Assembly: GCA_043755815.1 (NCBI GenBank)
Contig: JAYUSF010000086.1
Location: 1 to 56,852 of the forward strand
Direction: 5' to 3'
Source of the DNA: Verrucomicrobiota bacterium
Lineage (GTDB): Bacteria > Verrucomicrobiota > Verrucomicrobiia > Limisphaerales > UBA9464
DNA: 56,852 nucleotides
The notes below the pieces were generated by a model. It was given only the letters and a program-made list of their open reading frames with translations. It had not been told where the DNA came from and made no database searches. Below are positions 47,560 through 56,772 of this stretch, in pieces. The translations under genes were made by a program, and so were the position numbers. How positions within the stretch are numbered: the stretch's first letter is position 1; each line of letters begins with the position of its first letter.

Positions 47560-48669
47560 TTACCGTTTCAAGCGGAGGAAAGGTCTTTCAACCAGCCGAT
47601 ACGAAAGAAAGGCACAGATCAGGGCGCAGGCCAGCTTTATCGGGAGGGAGGAGATCCAGTGGTCCGTCAGGTGGGTCAGGAGAGGTTGTTGCCAGAGATA
47701 GAGGCTGTAAGAGAACGCCCCCAATCCTCGCAGCGGAGCCGAATCCAGCCACGAGGTGAACCGGATGGCCGGAAGCTGGCAGAGGCACAGCATGAAAAGG
47801 GTCAGGGCGATGCAGCGGACCGAGTTGGCGCCGGGCCACTGGAAGAGGTCCCCCAGCTTCCACCAGTAGAGCGCGGGCAGGAGCACGAAGGCCGTGATGA
47901 AACCGGCCACGCCCCCGCCGATCAGGAGCCGGCGGTGCCGGTCCACCTCGCCGGTTGCGCGGAAGGAGGCCGCCAAGGCCCCGCACAGCAGGCCGTCAAA
48001 ACAGCCGTGGGTCATCAGGCCGGTCCAGGATTGGATTGCTGTCGGAAGGGAGGCGGCGCTGATCGCCCGGATTGCCGGCGCCAAGGCCAGTCCAGTTAGA
48101 CAGACCAGGCGCAACCGTCGAATTGACAGTGGACGGATCAGCAGCGGCCACAGGAGGTAAAAATGCTGCTCAACACAGAGACTCCACGAATGGCTGGCAA
48201 ACCAGGTGTTGGCGGCGGGCTCGGGATTCCACGCATAACTGTAGTTCCAGATGAATAGCGCGGCCCAGGCGATGGCGGACCACGAACAGTCGATGAGCCC
48301 CCCGGCCGTCAGCAGCGCCAGGCAGAGCAGATACGCGTAGAAGGCGGGCCAGATCCGCAGCGCCCGGCGGCGGTAGAATCCCCTGAGATCGATCCCGCCG
48401 GTGCGGGACTGCTCGTTCAGCAGCAGGCTGGTGATGAGAAAGCCGCTGATGCAGAAGAAGAGATGCACCCCGGTGTTCGCATACAGGCCGGCCAGCGGAT
48501 AGATGTTGTGCCAAAGGGGGGCGCCTCCTCCGGTTTCCAGCAGCTTGATCGAGTGACCGACCAAGACGAGCCCGATCGCGACGGCCCGCAAACCATCCAG
48601 CATGGGAATGCGCGAAGATCCTGACCTGACCTGAGGCGGCGCGATTGCTGACACTAGATTCGAACCCAC
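47560..48669 (-). CDS. Acyltransferase family 3 (O-acetyltransferase)
   Basis: LDGLRAVAI.LVL.GH, FF.ISGFLIT, FY.RR.LRIWP, HSWSL.VEQHFY, SYSLYLWQ. Confidence 0.92.
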   Translation of the reverse strand: MGSNLVSAIAPPQVRSGSSRIPMLDGLRAVAIGLVLVGHSIKLLETGGGAPLWHNIYPLAGLYANTGVHLFFCISGFLITSLLLNEQSRTGGIDLRGFYRRRALRIWPAFYAYLLCLALLTAGGLIDCSWSAIAWAALFIWNYSYAWNPEPAANTWFASHSWSLCVEQHFYLLWPLLIRPLSIRRLRLVCLTGLALAPAIRAISAASLPTAIQSWTGLMTHGCFDGLLCGALAASFRATGEVDRHRRLLIGGGVAGFITAFVLLPALYWWKLGDLFQWPGANSVRCIALTLFMLCLCQLPAIRFTSWLDSAPLRGLGAFSYSLYLWQQPLLTHLTDHWISSLPIKLACALICAFLSYRLVERPFLRLKR

Positions 48670-48681
48670 GGGATGGTTGGT

Positions 48682-49800
48682 TCAGCCAGTGACCCGACAT
48701 TCGGCGACGATGTTCCGTGGGCGCATGCCCGGCACGGTGACGCCGACATTGCACATCGGCTTGGCCTCTCCAGCGAGTGCCGCGGTCGAATAGTCCATGA
48801 CCTGCGCGGGGGTGATCTGCGCAAAGCATTCGCGCCGGACGTGACGGCAATGCCAGTTGCAACCGAAACAGTCCATGCCGTGGTAGATGACAAAGTGGTT
48901 GGGGGCTTCCGGCCACGGGAAGAAATGATCGTGTGTGCCTCCCCCCAAGATGACCAACAACCGGCTGACCACGATGCCGGCGAAGTGTGCAAACCCGGTG
49001 TCATTGCTGATCAACAGTTCGAGTCGTGCCAGTTCCGGGACGCTCGCGGCGAAGGCCAGCCGGTCCACGTGGTTCACGATTCCGGGGTCCAGAGCCGCGA
49101 TCTCGGCCGCCCGCTGCCCGGCATCCCCTCCGCCGAACAGGACCAATGTTTTGCCCTGCTTGAGGAAGGCCGTGGCCAGGCTTTTCCAAGCGGAGTGAGG
49201 CCAGTTCTTGACGTCGCCGCTCAGGCACAGTCCCACGCGGCCGCTTTCCGGCCGGGCCACGACGCCGTCGGTGCATTTGAGCTGGGGCGGACTGGCTGAA
49301 GTGATTCCCAGACGCTCCCGGGCGAAACGGCGGAAGTGTTCGAGTTCACTATGGTCCGCATCCGTGCCCTCGAAGCGATCCCAGCCGGCCGACAGCTCTT
49401 CCGCCAGTTCTGGCGGGGCATTGGTGACCCAGCGCCAGCAGCAGTCTTTCCGTTGGGCGCGCACCTTGGTCATCAGCACCAGACTGTTTTGGCGAATGTA
49501 ACGGCGCAGGCAGATTGCCCGGTCATAGGTCTCGGCCTGCAGCCGGCAGAACACCTCCCGGTCCCCGGCATCCGTCCGCAGCCAGTGCAGGCCGAACCGG
49601 AGCAGGCGGGGATGAAATTGGATGATGTCGCGGGAAACGAAGAGGCAGTTGCGCACCCCGTGGAGATTCCGCGCAATTTCTTCGTTGGCGCCGCAGGTGA
49701 CCAAATCCAACGGGCCGAGCCGCTGTGCCAGGTCGGCAATCAGTCCGGACGACAGGATGAGGTCGCCAATCCCGTCGTTTTTAATCAGCAGGGAAGCCAT
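48682..49800 (-). CDS. Glycosyltransferase family 9 (heptosyltransferase-like)
   Basis: DGIGD.IL, KNWP, ISNDTGFAHFA, GG. Confidence 0.85.
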   Translation of the reverse strand: MASLLIKNDGIGDLILSSGLIADLAQRLGPLDLVTCGANEEIARNLHGVRNCLFVSRDIIQFHPRLLRFGLHWLRTDAGDREVFCRLQAETYDRAICLRRYIRQNSLVLMTKVRAQRKDCCWRWVTNAPPELAEELSAGWDRFEGTDADHSELEHFRRFARERLGITSASPPQLKCTDGVVARPESGRVGLCLSGDVKNWPHSAWKSLATAFLKQGKTLVLFGGGDAGQRAAEIAALDPGIVNHVDRLAFAASVPELARLELLISNDTGFAHFAGIVVSRLLVILGGGTHDHFFPWPEAPNHFVIYHGMDCFGCNWHCRHVRRECFAQITPAQVMDYSTAALAGEAKPMCNVGVTVPGMRPRNIVAECRVTG

Positions 49801-50654
49801 CACCGTCGCCAGTGCAGAATGACGAGTCCGGAAGCTCCGGGCACCACGTCTCCGAAGGATGAAAACTCGGCGCCCTCGGGGACTCGCTCCCACCCGTTGA
49901 GCCCTACCCGGAGAACAATGCACTCCAATCCCTGCAACAAAGGCCGGGTGCGCAATGCGGCCAAGTGTTCCTGATGGAGAACCTGCCAGGCTCGGACACC
50001 GGTCACGGGCGGCAGCCGGACGAACTCCTTCCGTCCGTAGGGACAGGTCACGACCAATTCACCGCCTTCCGCCACCAGCGTGGCCAGCCTTTCGACACTC
50101 TGGCAGATGCATTCGATGGCTTGCGGCCAGTCCCACCCGAGGTCTTTCAGCGTGGTGCCATAGCGGGTGTTGTCGAAGCCTATGTGCTCCAAGGTGGACA
50201 GGCAGGTGACGAGCGGAAATGGGCGGCCCTGAAATTCCTCCAACGGTGACTTGTAATAGGTGGCGCGCACGCGGGCGATGGGTTCGCTGGCGGGATTGAG
50301 GAAGGAAACTGCACAGGCTGCCGGAATGAAGCGGTCAAACGCGGCGTTGTTCAGCACGCAACCCACGTCGAGCAACGAAGCCGGATTTCGCTGCCGGATG
50401 AGGTCGCAGACATAGGAGTATTCCGGCAGACGCTCCCCGTGTTCCAGCGTCCTTGGATCCCGGATTACCTCGCTCCAAGGTTTGCCGGCCAACAGTTGCT
50501 GGCACAGGTCGGTTATCACTGGGTCGCGAGTTTTCTGAGGGTCAAAGTAATGGCGACGAGTGCCCCATTCCTGGACTCGCCGGCCACTGCCCTGAAGAAA
50601 CCAACCGATGAACTGAAGGAGTTTTCGCATGATGTGTGACAAGGATTCGTTCAA
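49800..50654 (-). CDS. SAM-dependent methyltransferase-like (DUF268-like) protein
   Basis: ER.PEY, LLDVGC, CLSTLEHIG.DN..YG; the start may be 50630. Confidence 0.65.
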   Translation of the reverse strand: MNESLSHIMRKLLQFIGWFLQGSGRRVQEWGTRRHYFDPQKTRDPVITDLCQQLLAGKPWSEVIRDPRTLEHGERLPEYSYVCDLIRQRNPASLLDVGCVLNNAAFDRFIPAACAVSFLNPASEPIARVRATYYKSPLEEFQGRPFPLVTCLSTLEHIGFDNTRYGTTLKDLGWDWPQAIECICQSVERLATLVAEGGELVVTCPYGRKEFVRLPPVTGVRAWQVLHQEHLAALRTRPLLQGLECIVLRVGLNGWERVPEGAEFSSFGDVVPGASGLVILHWRR

Positions 50655-52135
50655 CGCCGGCTTTGCAGGACGAACCAGGCGTTGACCAGCACGAGGAGCC
50701 CGAACGGCGGCAGCGCCAGCGCCCGTTCAAACACGAATGGCCGGACGCCGAGAACGCGATACGCAACACGGGCCGCATACCAGACGGCAAACAGGAGCTG
50801 CGCCGCCAGCATGGCGGCGGGGAAGGCATACATGCCCCAGGCTCGGTGCGTCAGCAGCAGGGTTCCGACATTGACCGTAAAATAGCCCAGCATTCCCCAA
50901 TGTTCGGCCGGCTGATTGGTCAGGTTGCGGACTTGGTGAAGCATGGCGCTGTAGCGTTCGAAAAAAGTGTTCGCGGCGAAGATGGCCCACAGGAGCGGGT
51001 CAAAGGCCACCGACCGGCTACGCACCATCGCCAAAGCCCACGGAGCCACCAGGGGAAAGCTCACCAACCCGAGAACCAAAACCCAATGTGACAGCCGCAT
51101 GCCGCGGCGGAGGAGGCGGGTCTGCTCGTCCAGTTTCCCGCCCGCCCGCAGCCGGGCCAGTTCGGGGATCTTGCTGAGGAAGGGCGCCTGGGCCACCTGG
51201 CTCAACATGCCGATCAGGCGCAGGGTGAACAGATACGTGGCGGTCTGCGCGGGATTGTCCACCTGGGCCTGCAGCAGGCCCGTGACCTGCACTAAACCGG
51301 CGGTCATGACGCTCGTGATGCCATTCTTCCAGGCACTGTCCCAGACAAGACGGAAGACGGTCGGCTCCCACGGAGCCGGTTCAAGTCTGGCAAACCGACC
51401 CGCTTCCACCCGCCGGCACAGCCACGCGTTTAGCACGATGCCGGCCACCACCCAGAACTGGTTGGCGATGACCAGCGCAAGGACATTGCCTCCCAACAGG
51501 AGCACCAGAAAACTGCTTAGAATTCCCGCCAGACCGGTTACTGCCTCCGCCCGGCGCAACAGGGTGACGTGGTTCATGCCCAGCAGAAACACGCCGTAGA
51601 GGCTGCCTCCCAGCGACAGGCTGGAAACCAGCACGACGACTCCCCAGGCCGCCCAGCCGGGGACACTGTTACCGGCCGCAGCAAGCGGCTTCAGCATCGC
51701 CCCAGTGCCCACCGTCGCCATCAGGGCCGCGCTGGCCAGTCCCAGCCAGACAAAGACCCGGTGCATGGTGGCCAGCAGCCGGGCCACCGAACGCCAGTTG
51801 ACGCCTGCGGTGGTGGAGATGGAGTTGCCGTGCTGCAGGTCGGCCATGTCCTCGACTTCACCGCCCGCTCGGGCATACGCGAGGAGGCGGGCGAAGCTGG
51901 GCGCGAAACCGAAGTTGAGCAGGCCCTGCACCGCCAGCGCCGAGCTGAAGACAAACCACAGGGCGGCCTGCGGGGCGTCGAATTGACGCAGCACGAGCGG
52001 AATGACCAACACCAGCGACAGCGACCGGGTGAGAAAGCTCAGCCAGGTGTTCGCCGTGGGCGAGTGCCAGAGCCAGCGGAACAGTTGTCTCGGCCAGGCA
52101 CCGGCCGATGGTAAAATGTTGTTTGAGGTCACCAC
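50651..52135 (-). CDS. Wzx-type polysaccharide flippase
   Basis: About 12 TM helices; N-terminal P.VLR.F......W....A....L.FGF.P.F.R MOP-family pattern; located in a polysaccharide operon. Confidence 0.75.
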   Translation of the reverse strand: MVTSNNILPSAGAWPRQLFRWLWHSPTANTWLSFLTRSLSLVLVIPLVLRQFDAPQAALWFVFSSALAVQGLLNFGFAPSFARLLAYARAGGEVEDMADLQHGNSISTTAGVNWRSVARLLATMHRVFVWLGLASAALMATVGTGAMLKPLAAAGNSVPGWAAWGVVVLVSSLSLGGSLYGVFLLGMNHVTLLRRAEAVTGLAGILSSFLVLLLGGNVLALVIANQFWVVAGIVLNAWLCRRVEAGRFARLEPAPWEPTVFRLVWDSAWKNGITSVMTAGLVQVTGLLQAQVDNPAQTATYLFTLRLIGMLSQVAQAPFLSKIPELARLRAGGKLDEQTRLLRRGMRLSHWVLVLGLVSFPLVAPWALAMVRSRSVAFDPLLWAIFAANTFFERYSAMLHQVRNLTNQPAEHWGMLGYFTVNVGTLLLTHRAWGMYAFPAAMLAAQLLFAVWYAARVAYRVLGVRPFVFERALALPPFGLLVLVNAWFVLQSRR

Positions 52136-52234
52136 AGAGGTGCTGGCGTCCTCGCCGCGTTGGGAGTCATGCGCAGCCGGGAAGCGGACGGATGTTGCCG
52201 GAGGCTGAGATCATTGGCTGAACGGCGGGCCACG

Positions 52235-53284
52235 TCACTGGAGCCGGTCATGCAAATCTTCCCGGTGATGGCGCTCTTCCCGATAGACGGTGTCGATCAA
52301 CCGCATGACCTTGAGCGCATCCGCCGAGTTGCCGCTCGCCACCGGGCGGTCGTCCTGCACGCAGTCCAAGAAATACTTGGTTTCATCGGCCCACGAGCTG
52401 TCGAGGTGGAAGGTGGTCTTCTCCTCGTCCTCCCAGGTGGCGGCCGGCGCCACCGAACGGTTCTTGGCGATCGTCAGCACCTCGTCCCCGTAACTGCCCG
52501 AGGAGGTTTTGAGGCCGTTGAGCACCAGGTAACCCCGCTCCAAAAAGACCTCGATCGAAAACATGTGCCGCCACTGGGTCATGGTGCTGTGCAGTGAGGC
52601 CACCACGCCGGTCTGCCGGTTGCGCAGGTTCACGAACACGTTGTCCTCAATGCCTTCCAGCCTCCAAAACAGGCTCGAAACCATGCCCTGAACCTCGTCG
52701 AAATCGCCGGCCAGCAGCAGGAAGAGGTCGAGCATGTGAATGCCCTGGTCGATCAATATTCCTCCCCCGGCCAGCTCCTTCTTCGCGCGCCAGGTGCTGA
52801 AATAATTGTGATCCACGCTCTTCCCGTAACGGCCGCGCAACCACAGCAGGCGGCCGTAGGTTCCGGAATCCACCAGCCGTTTGATGGTTCGGATGGACTC
52901 GTGGTGCCGGTGGTTGAAGCCATACATCAGCTTGCGGCCTGTCGCCTGCTCAACCGCCCGGATCTCCTCGACCTCGGCCGCGGTGAAGGCCGGCGGTTTT
53001 TCGCAGAACACATGCTTGCCGGCCAGCATGGCGGCGATGGCGAGCGGCTTGTTCTGGTGGTTGGGCGTGCAGATGAAGACCGCGTCCACGTCGGGATGGC
53101 GATAGACCGCCTCGGGAGTTCGGGCCGCCGCGAGGCCCTGGAATTCGGTGACGTGGGGATCGTGGGCCAGCACCACGTGGCCCTTGCCGGTGGCGTTGAT
53201 GGCGGCAAGACGGGTCTGGCCCATCTTGCCGAAACCGATCAGCCCGATGCGGATCGGGGGGGGGGAGGCGTCGGATTCGAACAT
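52235..53284 (-). CDS. Gfo/Idh/MocA family oxidoreductase
   Basis: IGLIGFGKMG, CTPN, FCEKPP, GFNHR, GGGILIDQGIH. Confidence 0.9.
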   Translation of the reverse strand: MFESDASPPPIRIGLIGFGKMGQTRLAAINATGKGHVVLAHDPHVTEFQGLAAARTPEAVYRHPDVDAVFICTPNHQNKPLAIAAMLAGKHVFCEKPPAFTAAEVEEIRAVEQATGRKLMYGFNHRHHESIRTIKRLVDSGTYGRLLWLRGRYGKSVDHNYFSTWRAKKELAGGGILIDQGIHMLDLFLLLAGDFDEVQGMVSSLFWRLEGIEDNVFVNLRNRQTGVVASLHSTMTQWRHMFSIEVFLERGYLVLNGLKTSSGSYGDEVLTIAKNRSVAPAATWEDEEKTTFHLDSSWADETKYFLDCVQDDRPVASGNSADALKVMRLIDTVYREERHHREDLHDRLQ

Positions 53285-53294
53285 CGGAGGAAAA

Positions 53295-53768
53295 TTATTG
53301 AACGAGCGCGGCGGGGATCTTGACCACGACCTTGCGGACGGTCGTGAGCGAGCGGACCTGCAGTTGGGGCATATGGGGTTCGCCGGGGAACAGGACCGTG
53401 AACCGGCCGGCGAGGTTTTCCACCAAGGCCACGCCGCGCGGCGGGGTCGCAAAGTGCTCCACTTCCTTTTCCGCCGAGTAATCGTTGAGCGGGGCCAATT
53501 CCTCAGAGGTGGCCAATTCGATTCCTTCCCCGCCTTCCACAGTGAACTGCACGTCGATAGTCTGCCGGTGAGCCTCATAGCGGGCGGTGTCGCGGGTCTT
53601 GAGTGGATAACTCATGACCCGGGCGTAGAAGCCTTCCTCTCCCAGAGGATGAAATCCCTCGGTGGCGGTGGCGGCGTGGGTTTCGAGCCAGGCAAAGGCG
53701 GTCGCCCAGACGCGGTGTTGGGCCAGTCCGGGGTAGAACCGCCAGCGGTTCAGGGAATCGTGGATCAT
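53295..53768 (-). CDS. YhcH/YjgK/YiaL (NanQ-like) family protein
   Basis: YEAHRQTIDVQ...GGE.I, Y..EK.V, F.VLFP.EPH.P, RKVVVKI. Confidence 0.88.
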   Translation of the reverse strand: MIHDSLNRWRFYPGLAQHRVWATAFAWLETHAATATEGFHPLGEEGFYARVMSYPLKTRDTARYEAHRQTIDVQFTVEGGEGIELATSEELAPLNDYSAEKEVEHFATPPRGVALVENLAGRFTVLFPGEPHMPQLQVRSLTTVRKVVVKIPAALVQ

Positions 53769-53770
53769 GT

Positions 53771-54505
53771 TTAGTTCGCTTGAGGGCCGGCGGGGCTCCA
53801 ATAGGTGGGTGTGCCCGTTTCCTGCCCGGCTGCCCGACGGGCCAGCAGCAATGCCTCCGCGAGCCGGAAATCCTTCTCTTCGCTGATCTTCACCGCCTTC
53901 AACGGTTCCATCGGCCAGAGCAGGCGGTTTTCACCGCAGTAGCCGCCTCTGAACCGTTGATAGAGCTCCCGGAACTTGGCCGTGTTCCACACCGTGATTG
54001 CCCAATTGCAGATCTGGACACGGGGATTTTGCTGCGACGGTGCCAGCGGACCGCGTGGGTCGAGGTTGATGGCCTGGCCGCTGGAAAAGGTCTGCATCTG
54101 GGTTTCGCTGCACGAAATCAGGGTGTCCGCGGCGGATTCGGCGTAGGCCGCGAGGGCGGCGGCTACGTCGTCCGGCGTGAGCAGTGGGCAAACCGGGCTG
54201 ATCATGACCAAGGTGTCCATAGGCTTGGCCTCGATCAGGTCGATCGTGAAGTCGTCGCCAGTGGCGGTATCGGAGCCGAGGTGTTCTGGACGCCGGTAAA
54301 CCCGGCAGCCGAGCGATTCCGCGTAGGCTGCAATCCGGTCCGAATCCGTGTTGACGTAAACCTCATCCAGGCCGGCGGACGCGAGGGCAGTCTCGATGGC
54401 GTAACCGATCATCGGTTTGCCCGCGAGGTAACGCAGGTTCTTGGCGGGGACGCGCTTGCTACCGCCCCGGGCGGGGATGTGGGCAATGACTTTTCCGAGT
54501 TTCAT
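53771..54505 (-). CDS. Acylneuraminate/ulosonate cytidylyltransferase family protein (NeuA-like)
   Basis: IPARGGSKRVPAKN.R.L.GKP.I, V.TD, R...L.SD. Confidence 0.88.
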   Translation of the reverse strand: MKLGKVIAHIPARGGSKRVPAKNLRYLAGKPMIGYAIETALASAGLDEVYVNTDSDRIAAYAESLGCRVYRRPEHLGSDTATGDDFTIDLIEAKPMDTLVMISPVCPLLTPDDVAAALAAYAESAADTLISCSETQMQTFSSGQAINLDPRGPLAPSQQNPRVQICNWAITVWNTAKFRELYQRFRGGYCGENRLLWPMEPLKAVKISEEKDFRLAEALLLARRAAGQETGTPTYWSPAGPQAN

Positions 54506-55590
54506 AGGGTGTGAGGAGCCGTCCCCTGCCGGTAGTGGTCGAAGCAGCCGGCAATGACCGCGCGGATGCGGTCATCCAGCGCGATCTTGGTGAGGAACAT
54601 GTCGCCGAGGCCACGGGTGAGGATGACCCGGACCTCGTGGCCGACGTTTTTCTTGTCCTTGCGCAGCAGATCCAGATAGCGGTCGAGCTCAATCGTCCCG
54701 GGAACCGTCGGGTGCCAGTTGCGGGCGAGCAGGCCGCGCATCTCCGCCGCTTCCGCGGGGGTGATCAGGCCCAGCGCCGCCGAGACTTGGTTGGCAATGT
54801 CCATGCCGAAGCAGATGGCGATGCCGTGGGGGATGGCGTAGTCCGTGTAGCTTTCGAGTGCGTGGCCGAACGAATGGCCGTAGTTGAAGACGTTCCGCGG
54901 ACCTTCGTCGAACTCATCCCGTTCGATCATGGCCTGCTTGATCTCCAGACTGCGCCGGATCAGGGACCGCAGCACCCCGCGGTCGGTGAAGGCGGCGTCA
55001 TATTCCCGGCTCACCCGTTTGAAATCCGCCCGGCTGGTGAGCAGGAAGTAGTGGAACATCTCCCCCAGCCCGGAACGGAACTCGTCGCGTGGCAGGGTGT
55101 CCAGCCACGAAAGGTCGTTCAGGATCAGCACCGGCGGATGGAACCCGCCGAGCTGGTTCTTGAAGGGGCCGAAATTGATCGAGGTCTTGCTGCCGATGCA
55201 ACTGTCGCACTGGGACAGGAGGTTGGTGGGCACGAAGATCCAGCCCACACCCCGGTAGAGGATCGAGGCGATGAAGGCGGTCACGTCCTGTGTGATGCCG
55301 CCGCCGATCGCGACCAGTCGGTGATTCTTGCGGAACCCGCCGCGGATCAGCCGCTCGATGATGGGCTCGACCGCCTGGTAGCTCTTCTGCGGTTCCGTCG
55401 GGGCCAGCAGCAGGTGTGGATGGTCGCGCCGGAAGGCGTCGACCCGCGGCGCGTGCAGCTGGGCCAAGTTCTCGTCGATGATGAGGAAATCGCCTTCCTT
55501 CAGTTCGGCCTTCAGGGGCGCGGTGAAATCGTCCACGAAGCGGACCTCGTAGGGGCCGCGGAACGAGCGGACGGTCAGGGTTTCAGACAA
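54502..55590 (-). CDS. 3-dehydroquinate-synthase-like (AroB-related) sugar-phosphate phospholyase/cyclase
   Basis: GGGITQD, PTNLLSQCDSCIGSKTSIN, KNQLG.F, SGLGE, NYGHSFGHALE, HG.A, DKK. Confidence 0.88.
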   Translation of the reverse strand: MSETLTVRSFRGPYEVRFVDDFTAPLKAELKEGDFLIIDENLAQLHAPRVDAFRRDHPHLLLAPTEPQKSYQAVEPIIERLIRGGFRKNHRLVAIGGGITQDVTAFIASILYRGVGWIFVPTNLLSQCDSCIGSKTSINFGPFKNQLGGFHPPVLILNDLSWLDTLPRDEFRSGLGEMFHYFLLTSRADFKRVSREYDAAFTDRGVLRSLIRRSLEIKQAMIERDEFDEGPRNVFNYGHSFGHALESYTDYAIPHGIAICFGMDIANQVSAALGLITPAEAAEMRGLLARNWHPTVPGTIELDRYLDLLRKDKKNVGHEVRVILTRGLGDMFLTKIALDDRIRAVIAGCFDHYRQGTAPHTL

Positions 55591-56299
55591 GGGTGAAGCC
55601 TCCGTCCACGACGAGGTTTTGGCCCGTCAGGTAGGTGTTGCGACGGCTGCCCAAGAACAGGGCCACCTCGGCGATTTCTGCCGGTTGAGCCATCCGTTGC
55701 AATGGAATCTGCGCGGTCAGGGCCGTCATTTCTTCCGGCTTCAGACTCCGGGCTGTCAGTTCCGTGAGCGTGAAACCGGGCGAAAGGGCATTCACCAGGA
55801 TTCCCGCCGGGGCCAGTTCCACGGCCAGCGCCCGGGTCAGTCCGACCAGCCCGGTCTTGGCCGCGCTGTAGGCGCTGCGTTTGGCCTTGGTCGCCACGCT
55901 CCAGATGGACGCCAGGTTGATGATCCGTCCACCGCCCTGCCGTCGCATCACCGGGGCAACCGCCCGGCTCAGGTGGAACGGGCCATGATACGAAACCCGG
56001 GCCACCCGGTCGAATTCCTCCGGGGTCAGCTCCTCCAGGGATTTGATGATGTTGATGCCCGCGTTGTTGATGAGGACATCCACCCGAGGCCGGCCGGCGA
56101 GGTATTGGCAGAACCGTTCGGTGGAACCGGAGTCGGTCAGGTCCAGTTGCTGGTATTCGCCGATCAGGTCGGCGGGCGGCACCGGACCGGTTCCGGTCAC
56201 CAGCACCTGGGCGCCGGCCGCGTGAAAGGCCTGGGCAAAGGCCCGGCCGATCCCGCGGGTGCCCCCGGTGATGACGACCGTCTGATTGGAGAATTCCAT
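55583..56299 (-). CDS. SDR family oxidoreductase
   Basis: TGGTRGIG, NNAG, S, YSAAK, PG, TGQ.LVVDGG. Confidence 0.92.
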   Translation of the reverse strand: MEFSNQTVVITGGTRGIGRAFAQAFHAAGAQVLVTGTGPVPPADLIGEYQQLDLTDSGSTERFCQYLAGRPRVDVLINNAGINIIKSLEELTPEEFDRVARVSYHGPFHLSRAVAPVMRRQGGGRIINLASIWSVATKAKRSAYSAAKTGLVGLTRALAVELAPAGILVNALSPGFTLTELTARSLKPEEMTALTAQIPLQRMAQPAEIAEVALFLGSRRNTYLTGQNLVVDGGFTLV

Positions 56300-56339
56300 G
56301 AGGTGTAGGTTGCCGGCGGTCGACAGCGGTTTCCCGGCG

Positions 56340-56772
56340 TCAGAATACTTCCGCCCGCAGCAGGGCGAGCCGGGGCGAGGACGCTGACGCTGGCACGGCG
56401 GCGGGATTGACCGCGGCGTTGAGCCGGATCACGACCTCATGTTCCTCGCTCGGGCGATCCGCGAAGGGCAGCGTGGAATTGCTGCCCCCGGACCAGATTT
56501 GGAGTGGAACGTATTCCCAGGAGGTTGCCGCGTGCCACAGGTCCCGACCCATATCGTAGGGTTGACCATCCAGCAGCACGTCCACAATGCCTGCGGAATC
56601 GCTGCCCAGCAGTTGGAGGAACGCTCCCCGCCCGTGGAACGTGAGCTTCACCTCATCCCCGGCGGTCGCGGTATGCCGCAGGATGGGGAACAGGCCATTG
56701 GCCCAGCCGCTCCCGGTGTAGGTCAGTTCCGTGGGCGCAAGTTCACGGCCCCGTAACGGGGATTGCTCAATA
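56340..56772 (-). pseudogene. 3' fragment of an interrupted gene (galactose-binding-like beta-sandwich domain)
   Basis: Frame is open from 56771 to 56340 (YTGSGW...TAGDEVKLTFHGRG...GIVDVLLDG...EHEVVI), has no start codon before the domain and abuts the IS end. Confidence 0.55.

Noticed and set aside
54502..55590. Assigning the symbol aroB
   Set aside because: Diverged active-site motifs and the polysaccharide context argue against the housekeeping enzyme.
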